Shown here piece after piece: positions 8,411 through 16,131 of a stretch of DNA of 32,000 bases (its first letter is position 1; the number at the start of each line of letters is the position of its first letter). This DNA is from Cylindrospermopsis raciborskii Cr2010 (lineage in GTDB: Bacteria; Cyanobacteriota; Cyanobacteriia; Cyanobacteriales; Nostocaceae), in assembly GCF_003367075.2 (NCBI RefSeq), contig NZ_CP065936.1:480001-512000 (forward strand), in the 5' to 3' direction. Made by a program: the position numbers and the translations under genes. A model generated the notes under the pieces. That model was not told the DNA's origin. It did not search any database and worked only from the letters and a program-made list of their open reading frames with translations.

Positions 8411-8553
8411 TGAGCGATTGCGAAGCACTCCCTACGGGCGATTGCGAAGCACTCGCTACGCGAGATCGCTCTTAGAGATTATCCCCCTAGTTCCTTCTCA
8501 AGGGAAAAACTTGAATATGCTGAAGGGCGATTGCGAGATCGCATTTATAGGAG
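8411..8553. repeat. SDR cluster (24-nt GCGATTGCGAAGCACTCCCTACGG-type units plus a TTCTCAAGGGAAAAA unit)
   Basis: Tandem and adjacent copies of repeat units seen at more than 10 other places in the window. Confidence 0.7.
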
Positions 8554-8565
8554 GGGGTAGGTAAG

Positions 8566-8645
8566 GGGGGTAAACTTTTGGCAGGGATGAAACCAAATCG
8601 AAAAAAGAAGGGAACATCACCGGGACAAGCTTTAGCTCTTTTGAA
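8566..8645 (+). pseudogene. Short internal fragment of a RAYT gene
   Basis: Translates to KLLAGMKPNRKKKGTSPGQALALL, matching residues about 196-220 of the intact RAYTs (SKLLAGMKPNQKKKGTSPGQLKLF). Nothing else of the gene is present. Confidence 0.5.
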
Positions 8646-8845
8646 GGGATAAGCATAATCTTCACCTCATCCCAAATCAAAAATGTCGTACATATCGCGG
8701 ATTAGCTTATGAGATAGCTTACCAACTAGATTTGATTTATTCTATTAGGTTTCCCGATTGCCACTCATCATTCATTGACAAATGTAAGGAAAACTCTTTG
8801 AGTGAAATTTGTCCGGAAATTCGATCGCTTTGGCAATAAAAATAT

Positions 8846-9391
8846 CTATGATTGCATCAATTTCACAAACCCTGGTGCCACGATCGCGAGAACTGCTAAC
8901 ACTTCTGGAACTGTCAGTGGTGGGTCGTCGAGGTCGCCAGCTTGTTCGCTCAAAATTTCCATCATCAGCGTGGGATTCAAGTAGAAGAGATGGGTCAGAA
9001 ACTCATCTGGGGTTTGAGCCTCAACCCCAAACGGTTCTAATGTTTGTTTGGGAAAGTCCTTGATGTTGCTGGTGACAATTACTTGAGATCGAGACATCAC
9101 CGCTGCAGCTAAGACATGGCGGTCTTTCTCATCGTTAGTCATGGCAGGGATGAGTACTTCAAACCCTCGCACATTAGCTTCGGCGAAAAACCGATTCATT
9201 TGGTCGATCAGATCTTGAGCATCTTCGGGACTGGTCATTCCTCTCTTGACCAAATTGCGCCTCACTTCGTCTAAGATTTCGTCGCTCCAGTGCAGCCGAT
9301 ACATCCCTTTTTCGACAGCGCGGAGGAGCGTATCTCTCAAGGTGGCAGGAATTAGGACACAGGCATCCAAAACTACTCCAAAAGATGACAA
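8846..9391 (-). CDS. PIN-domain protein (VapC-like toxin, PIN_3 type)
   Basis: N-terminal VVLDACVLIP (first acidic PIN residue), DEKDRHVLAAA and IVTSNIKDF motifs. It lies 13 bp downstream of, and is co-oriented with, an HTH gene. Confidence 0.75.
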   Translation of the reverse strand: MSSFGVVLDACVLIPATLRDTLLRAVEKGMYRLHWSDEILDEVRRNLVKRGMTSPEDAQDLIDQMNRFFAEANVRGFEVLIPAMTNDEKDRHVLAAAVMSRSQVIVTSNIKDFPKQTLEPFGVEAQTPDEFLTHLFYLNPTLMMEILSEQAGDLDDPPLTVPEVLAVLAIVAPGFVKLMQS

Positions 9392-9404
9392 GGTTGTTTC
9401 CTCT

Positions 9405-9893
9405 CTATGTGCCTTGCGGGTCTTGGAGGGTATTGGCTGCTTCGGTATATAGACCGAGCTGCTGACTCTTCTTGGTCATCCGCGATAGTCCCGCTTGCCG
9501 CTTAGCATCGCGCTCAGTTTTATAATGCATCAGATTGCCGAAACGGATGCGACGGTGGGTGCCAACTTTGGTATGGGGGATGGTTTGGGCATCTAGGAGT
9601 TCGACGAGATATTGACGGGAGACATTGAGAATGTCGGCGGCTTCTTGAGTGGTAAGTTCTTTATGGATCGGGACGATGGTAACACTGTTGCCTTGAAGTA
9701 GCTCGTGCACCATCTGCTGCATCAGGTTAAAGACTGGAGTGGGGATATCGATGGCAGCTCCTGATGTGCTGACAAGTTGAAAGCTAGGGGATTCTGGGTC
9801 TAATTGTCCTAAGAGGTCTTCTAGTTCGATCAGAGCGGGTCGATCTTCTTCTCTAGCTGTAATTGGTTGGTGGTCTAAAACAGTCGATAGCAT
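9405..9893 (-). CDS. Excisionase-family / HTH_17 DNA-binding protein, putative antitoxin of the PIN toxin
   Basis: LTTQEAADILNVSRQYLVELLDAQTIPHTKVGTHRRIRFGNLMHYK is the typical MerR/excisionase-like HTH found upstream of PIN_3 toxins. Confidence 0.7.
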   Translation of the reverse strand: MLSTVLDHQPITAREEDRPALIELEDLLGQLDPESPSFQLVSTSGAAIDIPTPVFNLMQQMVHELLQGNSVTIVPIHKELTTQEAADILNVSRQYLVELLDAQTIPHTKVGTHRRIRFGNLMHYKTERDAKRQAGLSRMTKKSQQLGLYTEAANTLQDPQGT

Positions 9894-10008
9894 CTTGTTT
9901 TGCAGAGCGGGTTTACCTGAGAATACTATCTTATCAAGCTAAACGCTATAAACGCAAGTAAAGTCTCATCCTCGTTGCTTGATCGGTTGTGCCAGTTGCT
10001 CCCCTTTA

Positions 10009-10264
10009 GGGGTGACAAAGTGGTCAAACAGCTTGTTTCATAAGGGATAGAGCCTGAAAGCCACGCTTGAAAAAGCGGCGTTTATGAGGTTTAAGACTAA
10101 TTAAGCTTAGAGCTAAATCAGCCCATAGTTCCATGCCATAAATCCATAATTGTCCGTAGACAGCAAAGCTAAAATCACTCTGACGTGGGTAATTGTCCTG
10201 ATGTTGTTGAATCCGTCCGGCATAAGTCTCTATCCCTAATTTTTTCATCCGTTGACCGTACGGC
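10009..10264 (-). mobile_element. Terminal fragment of the IS4-like element
   Basis: Near-identical to 1744-2000 (terminus GGTGACAAAGTGGTCAAACAGC, ORF MKKLGIETYAGRIQQHQDNYPRQSDFSF...). It breaks off at ...CCGTACGGC. Confidence 0.75.
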
Positions 10265-10319
10265 GGCGTTGCATATTTGCGGGATGAATCAACTAAACAC
10301 TAGTATTACTTCATACTTT
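10265..10319 (+). mobile_element. Solo left end (about 55 bp) of the IS1-family element
   Basis: GGCGTTGCATATTTGCGGGATGAATCAACTAAAC...GTATTACTTCATACTTT matches 30565-30620. It is fused directly to the 3' end of Uma2 paralog 3, changing ...ITALE* to ...ITALESMK*. Confidence 0.7.
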
Positions 10320-11265
10320 CGAGTGCAGTAATATCAATACCCTTAGCTTTTAATTGTGATAGCAAGGTTTGATACTTTATTTGTTCCTGCTCTTTAAGCA
10401 ATTTTTCACTTTCTGCACGTTGAGTTTCTTGTTCTTTAAGCAATTTTTCACGTTCTGCACGTTGAGTTTCCTGCTCTTTGAGAAGTCTTTCACGTTCTGC
10501 ACGTTGAGTTTCTTGTTCTTTAAGCAATTTTTCACGTTCTGCACGTTGAGTTTCCTGCTCTTTGAGAAGTCTTTCACGTTCTGTACGTTGAGTTTCCTGC
10601 TCTTTAAGCAATTTTTCACGTTCTGCACGTTGAGTTTCTTGTTCTGCATAATTACTCAATTCTACAGGACTAAGAAACTTACTCCCATCTGGATAATAGA
10701 TGACTAATTCATCTTGGCTCATGTCAAATCTTATTTTCAATCTTGGACTAGTCCAAGTGGTAAAATTCTCAATCTCCTTAAATGAGTTATTTTCTCTAAT
10801 GGATACTTCTAGACTAATCCTATCTGGATCATATACATAATACTCCTCCACTCCATGTTCCAGATAAAAGAGCTTTTTTCTATCCATCTCAGTATTATTA
10901 TTACTAGGAGATAAAATTTCAAACACCACCTGGGGAGGAATATTATCCTCCTCCCACTGTCGATAAGACCCCCGGTGACCCTTAGGTCTCCCAAACACCA
11001 CCATGGTGTCAGGGGCTAGTTTAATTTTGTTGCTACCCTCTACTGGATACCAAAATAAGTCCCCAGCTACAAACACATCTAGGTTAGACTTAAATAGTAT
11101 TTCTAAATTTTCCTTAATTTTGACAATCCATGTAAATTGTCTAGTGTTATCCGCCATAGGTTTATTATCACTTTCTGGGTAGACAATTTTAGGCGTGTCC
11201 ACACCCTGATTAGTGTTAGATTTTATCACCCCCAGTTGAGTTTTTGGTGCAATTTGCCTCACCAT
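10306..11265 (-). CDS. Uma2 family (DUF820) putative endonuclease, paralog 3, with six coiled-coil repeat units and an IS-derived C-terminal end
   Basis: Same motifs as paralogs 1 and 2. The ATG at 11265 follows GGGAGG; the ORF track starts at 11280. Carries ETQRAEREKLLKEQ x6. The last 3 codons and the stop come from the IS1 fragment. Confidence 0.85.
   Translation of the reverse strand: MVRQIAPKTQLGVIKSNTNQGVDTPKIVYPESDNKPMADNTRQFTWIVKIKENLEILFKSNLDVFVAGDLFWYPVEGSNKIKLAPDTMVVFGRPKGHRGSYRQWEEDNIPPQVVFEILSPSNNNTEMDRKKLFYLEHGVEEYYVYDPDRISLEVSIRENNSFKEIENFTTWTSPRLKIRFDMSQDELVIYYPDGSKFLSPVELSNYAEQETQRAEREKLLKEQETQRTERERLLKEQETQRAEREKLLKEQETQRAERERLLKEQETQRAEREKLLKEQETQRAESEKLLKEQEQIKYQTLLSQLKAKGIDITALESMK
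10387..10638 (-). repeat. In-frame 42-bp tandem repeat x6 inside Uma2 paralog 3
   Basis: CTGCTCTTT(A/G)AG(C/A)A(A/G)T(T/C)TTTCACGTTCTGCACGTTGAGTTTC is repeated six times head-to-tail. Confidence 0.9.
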
Positions 11266-11487
11266 GTCTATACCTCCCACTTTGGTACTGACTTAATCGG
11301 TTTAATTTAATATAACATAGTTTGTTTAGGGATGTTGAGTTATTGAACTCAACTTACAATATCACAAAACTAGTCGGTTTTAAACCGACTTTCGCTTTGA
11401 GACCCAAAATTGATTCCCGGTCTCCCCAACAGACAGTCTCCAGGTTGCTAGTCCTTTGCGATCTCCCGTCGGGAGTGCTGCGCAATC

Positions 11488-11862
11488 CCCCTCCACATAC
11501 TCCTGAACCAAATACTGACGATTATCCTCTGTGTGGATAAAATAGTCCAAAAGTTCTGGGATTTGAGGATGTTGACCCAACTGCTCTAACTGTTTTGCTT
11601 CTTGATTAAAAAAACGGGATGCTTTTTCAATAGTGTCTGTGCCCTGGGCTTGGGGTAAAAATTGTTTAATCACACAGGTAGGTTGAGATGGTTTACCCGT
11701 ATCTGTTGCTAAAAAGGTACGTCCAAATCCTCCCTCCCCCAAAATTTCCCGGGGGATGAACCGCTCTCGCAAAATTAATTTGTTGCCACATTTTTGGCAG
11801 AATTTACAGTCGTTTGGATTCTGGTGCAAACAGTCTGGTTTTACGCAGAGGATTTTATTCAT
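11488..11862 (-). pseudogene. Ser/Thr protein kinase with N-terminal zinc ribbon, truncated after kinase subdomain V
   Basis: CVKPDCLHQNPNDCKFCQKCG (4-Cys ribbon), then GEGGFGRTF (G-loop), VIKQF, and YLVQEYVEG. The frame then runs into an SDR unit (GDCAALPTGDR) and the upstream flank of the Uma2 cassette. No catalytic loop or DFG remains. Confidence 0.8.
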
Positions 11863-12132
11863 CTTACTTGTAAGTATTTTACCTCAGTATATCAAAAGTC
11901 CATAAGATTGCGAAGCAGTAGCACTCTCCAGATTGCACTTCCTATCACAATTCCTATAACAGGATATAAATAAAAGCTAACTTAATCAAATTAAATTATA
12001 TAGGAGTTAACATAAAATAATCATTACAAGTGAAACTGAGCGTCAAAACTAGTAACTTAATAATCGGAAACCCCTACCACATATAGGAAAATCCCTAATT
12101 GGCAAAATTATTAAAAATTTTGTAAAAACCTC

Positions 12133-12161
12133 TTTACAAAACTAAACATCTGTCTTAATAT
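12133..12161 (+). promoter_or_regulatory. Candidate sigma70-type psbA promoter
   Basis: TTTACA (12133-12138), a 17-nt spacer, then TAATAT (12156-12161), about 70 nt upstream of the psbA ATG. Motif-based only. Confidence 0.45.
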
Positions 12162-12229
12162 AAGTTCATAAGGTAGAAACACCTACCAGAACATACATAA
12201 ATCTCTCGTAAAACCGCAATTATAAAACC

Positions 12230-13312
12230 ATGACCACCGCCATTCAACAGCGCCAAAGCGCCAACGTATGGGATCGCTTCTGTGAATTTATCACCAGCAC
12301 CAACAACCGCCTTTATATTGGCTGGTTCGGCGTGTTAATGATCCCCACCCTGCTTGCAGCTACCACTTGCTTCATCATTGCTTTTATTGCTGCTCCCCCC
12401 GTGGACATCGACGGTATTCGTGAACCCGTAGCTGGTTCCCTAATGTACGGTAACAACATCATCTCCGGTGCTGTAGTTCCTTCCTCCAACGCCATTGGCT
12501 TGCACTTCTACCCAATTTGGGAAGCTGCATCCTTAGATGAATGGTTATACAACGGTGGTCCTTACCAACTAGTAATTTTCCACTTCTTGATTGGTGTAGC
12601 CTGCTACCTAGGTCGTGAATGGGAACTATCCTTCCGTTTAGGCATGCGTCCTTGGATTTGCGTAGCATTCTCCGCTCCTTTGGCAGCTGCTACCGCAGTA
12701 TTCTTAATCTACCCCATCGGACAAGGTTCATTCTCTGATGGTATGCCCTTAGGTATCTCTGGAACCTTCAACTTCATGATTGTGTTCCAAGCAGAGCATA
12801 ACATCCTCATGCACCCCTTCCACATGTTAGGAGTAGCAGGTGTATTCGGTGGTAGCTTGTTCAGCGCTATGCACGGTTCCTTAGTAACATCTTCCTTAGT
12901 AAGAGAAACAACCGAAACCGAGTCTCAGAACTATGGTTACAAGTTCGGACAAGAGGAAGAAACCTACAACATCGTAGCAGCACACGGTTACTTCGGACGC
13001 TTGATATTCCAATATGCTTCATTCAACAACAGCCGTTCACTACACTTCTTCTTGGCAGCATGGCCAGTAGTAGGAATCTGGTTTACAGCACTGGGTGTAA
13101 GCACCATGGCATTCAACCTGAATGGATTCAACTTCAACCAATCCATCATTGATTCTCAAGGACGCGTAATCGGTACATGGGCTGACGTAATCAACCGCGC
13201 TAACCTAGGTATGGAAGTAATGCACGAGCGCAATGCGCACAACTTCCCCTTAGACCTAGCTGCTGGTGAAGTAGCACCTGTAGCATTAACCGCTCCCGCA
13301 ATCAACGGTTAA
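12230..13312 (+). CDS. psbA: Photosystem II reaction-centre protein D1 (Q-B protein), D1:2-type (Glu130)
   Basis: 360 aa, essentially full-length identity to the canonical D1 pattern (…[22 protein letters not shown]…HNFPLDLA… plus a C-terminal extension). By direct count, residue 130 in ...YLGREWELS is E. Confidence 0.98.
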   Translation: MTTAIQQRQSANVWDRFCEFITSTNNRLYIGWFGVLMIPTLLAATTCFIIAFIAAPPVDIDGIREPVAGSLMYGNNIISGAVVPSSNAIGLHFYPIWEAASLDEWLYNGGPYQLVIFHFLIGVACYLGREWELSFRLGMRPWICVAFSAPLAAATAVFLIYPIGQGSFSDGMPLGISGTFNFMIVFQAEHNILMHPFHMLGVAGVFGGSLFSAMHGSLVTSSLVRETTETESQNYGYKFGQEEETYNIVAAHGYFGRLIFQYASFNNSRSLHFFLAAWPVVGIWFTALGVSTMAFNLNGFNFNQSIIDSQGRVIGTWADVINRANLGMEVMHERNAHNFPLDLAAGEVAPVALTAPAING

Positions 13313-13335
13313 TAACAAATACTGGTAAATGAAAA

Positions 13336-13363
13336 GCTCCTCACCAGGTGAGGGGCTTTTTTT
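13336..13363 (+). terminator. Rho-independent terminator of psbA, shared with the convergent gene
   Basis: GCTCCTCACC / GGTGAGGGGC stem (one G-U pair) followed by TTTTTTT. Confidence 0.7.
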
Positions 13364-14027
13364 ATGGGGAGACATCAGGGATAGTTTCATCCCCAACTGT
13401 TGCGCCTTTTTGACTTAATAGAGTTCCTCTGAACTTATTGGGTTTCCCGCACTGGGGACAAAATACAAGTAAATTTTCCATTCCTACAAGCACAGACACT
13501 TCGTCTTCATATCCACAAGAGCATTCCCACTCAATTAAATTTATATCGCCCTTTAGAGTAAATTTGTAGGGGCGTTTAAAGATATAGAATTTCTCTTTCT
13601 TTTTGTATTGTGTCTTTTCATCAGGCAATGATTCTACATTTGGTTCTCCTACCTCCTGGTCTTTTAGCAGAGTAGTTTCGACCGGTTGTGTAACATCTGG
13701 TTGAGTTAATGGAACCATTTCAATAGGTAATGCTACCTCCCTGTCTTTTGGGGGAGTCATAACCACTGGGGGTATTTCAACTGGGGGTGTAACATCCCGA
13801 GGAGGTGGTGGAGCTAGAACCACAGGTGATGCTTTTTGAGATTTTTTTCTTGCAGCTTTTTGGGGGGTAGCCTTTTTATTTTCCTCAGCAGGTGGAATAA
13901 TCTCATCAGGATTAGATTCCACTGGAGGGGGAGCAGCAGTTTTCTTAACCACAGATATTATTTGCAGTTTTGTTTCCTGCTTTGGCTCTTCTTTCTTTGG
14001 TACTTGCTGTTTACGTGGCATAGTCAC
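13362..14027 (-). CDS. Hypothetical protein: Pro/Lys-rich low-complexity N-terminus plus C-terminal CxC...CxxC zinc ribbon
   Basis: 221-aa ORF. C-terminal WECSCGYEDEVSVLVGMENLLVFCPQCGKP. No recognisable family. Confidence 0.55.
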   Translation of the reverse strand: MTMPRKQQVPKKEEPKQETKLQIISVVKKTAAPPPVESNPDEIIPPAEENKKATPQKAARKKSQKASPVVLAPPPPRDVTPPVEIPPVVMTPPKDREVALPIEMVPLTQPDVTQPVETTLLKDQEVGEPNVESLPDEKTQYKKKEKFYIFKRPYKFTLKGDINLIEWECSCGYEDEVSVLVGMENLLVFCPQCGKPNKFRGTLLSQKGATVGDETIPDVSP

Positions 14028-14118
14028 TCCTTTGGCATACCCCTATTATACATTAGCCCTAGTTTCTTGGTTTGGGAGACAATAGCTATACTGATAAAAA
14101 ACTCACCCATCCCATGAG

Positions 14119-15258
14119 ATGAACCGCAAAAAACTTACCCAACTAATCACTATTGCAATTCTTGTCACCTTTATTACCATATTCTATCCATTTATTACTA
14201 TTGCCCTAACTACCAAAGAAATCGGCGCGATCGCTGAAAGGGTGACTGTTCGCCTTAGCGGTCCCGACCAAGGTTCAGGTGTAATTATCAATAAAAATGG
14301 TAACACTTACACAGTATTAACCAATTCCCATGTTTTTCAGTATAAAGGCGCATTTGAAATTATCACCTACGATGGGAGAAAATACCAATCAAATAACGTA
14401 ACAGAAATACCTAATCTTGATTTAGCCACCCTTCAATTTAACAGTGACCAAGAATATCAAGTAGTGGCATTGGGTGACTCTAATACTGTAACCATAGGGC
14501 AGGTAGTTTATATTAGTGGGTTTCCTTCTAAACAAGACTTTACCTTTAGATTTGATGGAATCTCCCGGATTTTAAAAAAACCAAGAGACGGGGGATATAG
14601 CTTGGTATATAGAATAGGAGCATTAAAAGGAATGAGTGGAGGTCCCATCCTAGATGAGAATGGTAAATTAGTAGGTATTCATGGGCTAACCCACAGTCAA
14701 AGCCTAGGAGATGGACGCGGTACACCGGAAGAATATGGAATTCCACTTCAGACCTTTTTAAATGCACCACCCCCCACACCGAGCAGGTACACAAGATTAG
14801 AAACCCTATTAAAAGCTCAAAACTTTAGAGAAGCAGATGAAGAAACAGACAGAGTAATGTTAGCAGTAGCTAACAGACAAAGCGAGGGTTGGTTGAGAAT
14901 AGAAGATGCAGAAAATTTTCCCTGTCAAGAATTGCGCACCATTGATAATCTGTGGTTAAAATATAGTCAGGGTAAATTTGGTATATCTGTCCAACAAGAA
15001 ATATACAAAAACCTGGGGGGAACAAAACAATTTGATGTGAATGTATGGAGATCCTTCGGAGACAGGGTAGGATGGAGAAAACAAGGTTCATGGCTCGATT
15101 ACAAAGATTTAAACTTTTCATTATCCGCACCAACGGGTCAACTCCCTTTGTATCGGATGATATTTATCAGTATCTTGATAAACTCCCTTACGGATATGGA
15201 TAGTCGGCTTCCCTCCAGGGCTTCCCTCCTGTCAAGACATGTAGAGTGTAACCCATAA
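14119..15258 (+). CDS. Trypsin-like serine protease (S1/PF13365-type) fused to a C-terminal GUN4-like domain
   Basis: N-terminal TM/signal segment. GSGVII...TNSHV (His), D in NLDLATL, GMSGGPILD (Ser) triad context. From about residue 224 the GUN4-like block YTRLETLLKAQNFREADEET...FPCQELRTIDNLWLKYSQGKFGISVQQ...GDRVGWR...APTGQLP. Confidence 0.8.
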   Translation: MNRKKLTQLITIAILVTFITIFYPFITIALTTKEIGAIAERVTVRLSGPDQGSGVIINKNGNTYTVLTNSHVFQYKGAFEIITYDGRKYQSNNVTEIPNLDLATLQFNSDQEYQVVALGDSNTVTIGQVVYISGFPSKQDFTFRFDGISRILKKPRDGGYSLVYRIGALKGMSGGPILDENGKLVGIHGLTHSQSLGDGRGTPEEYGIPLQTFLNAPPPTPSRYTRLETLLKAQNFREADEETDRVMLAVANRQSEGWLRIEDAENFPCQELRTIDNLWLKYSQGKFGISVQQEIYKNLGGTKQFDVNVWRSFGDRVGWRKQGSWLDYKDLNFSLSAPTGQLPLYRMIFISILINSLTDMDSRLPSRASLLSRHVECNP

Positions 15259-15340
15259 AGGTTTGATAGTATTGTTAACTTTTGTAAATAACAAGAAATT
15301 AACGAAACCTTGCTAGTTCCAGGGTTTCGGATACCTGGTA

Positions 15341-15492
15341 CTATTTATTTTTAGGATTAGGTGTATAACAATTTGCCTTGACAAATATTGTTGCTGCCTT
15401 TACTATTTCCTCACTAGTTATGTCTAACTCATCCCAAAAAAGCTTTAGCTGTCCTGGTGATGTTCCCTTCTTTTTTTGATTTGGTTTCATCC
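15341..15492 (-). pseudogene. RAYT 3' remnant (last ~50 codons)
   Basis: MKPNQKKKGTSPGQLKLFWDELDITSEEIVKAATIFVKANCYTPNPKNK* matches the C-terminus of the intact RAYTs. Homology stops at 15492, where an SDR array begins. Confidence 0.8.
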
Positions 15493-15508
15493 CTCTAGGG
15501 AGTGCAAT

Positions 15509-16050
15509 GCGATCTCCCGCAGGGTGTGCTGCGCAATCGCCCCTCCATACGTTCAGATTTTTCCCTTGAGAAGGAACCGGGGAGAACACTGAATGCGATC
15601 TCCCGCAGGGTGTGCTGCGCAATCGCCCCTCCATACGTTCAGATTTTTCCCTTAAGAAGAAACATGGAGAACCCTGAATACGATCGCCCGTCTTGAATGC
15701 TTTGAGATCGCCCCTCTATACATTCAGATTTTTCCCTTGAGAAGAAACATGGGGAGACCCTAAATGCGATCACTCAGAGGGAGTGCTGCGCGATCGCCCC
15801 TCAACACAGTCAGATTTTTCCCTTGAGAAGAAACACGGGGGGACCCTGAATGCGATCGCCCATAGGAATTGCTTCGCGATCGCCCCTCAACACATTCAGA
15901 ATTTTCCCTTGAGAAGAAACACGAGGAACCCTAAATGCGATCGCCCATAGGAATTGCTTCGCGATCGCCCCTCAACACATTCAGAATTTTCCCTTGAGAA
16001 GAAACACGAGGAGCCCTAAATGCGATCGCCCATAGGGAGTGCTTTACAAA
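15509..16050. repeat. Tandem array of a composite ~85-bp repeat, six units plus a partial seventh
   Basis: Unit starts at 15509, 15595, 15680, 15766, 15852, 15937 and 16022. Each unit is GCGATCNCCC-N-GCGATCGCCCCTC-AACACATTCAGA(T/A)TTTTCCCTTGAGAAGAAAC-N-CCCT(G/A)AAT, so it holds two HIP1-like cores. Confidence 0.85.
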
Positions 16051-16131
16051 CGCACCCATTTTAAGGCACTATATTTCAAAACTAACTGTTAAAATCTTAG
16101 CAAAGTTTAACCTACATGCAAAAATGCAATT

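Noticed and set aside
12313-12668. Antisense ORFs inside psbA (12313-12495, 12459-12668), psbU (3811-4083) and the GUN4 segments (14870-15133, 16598-16792, 26008-26271)
   Set aside because: They are fully embedded antisense to strongly supported genes and have no motifs. The GUN4-antisense ORFs recur only because the sense DNA is duplicated.
15509-16050. The regular ~85-bp periodic array could be mistaken for a CRISPR array
   Set aside because: The whole 85-bp unit repeats, including the would-be spacers. There are no unique spacers, so it is a tandem repeat.
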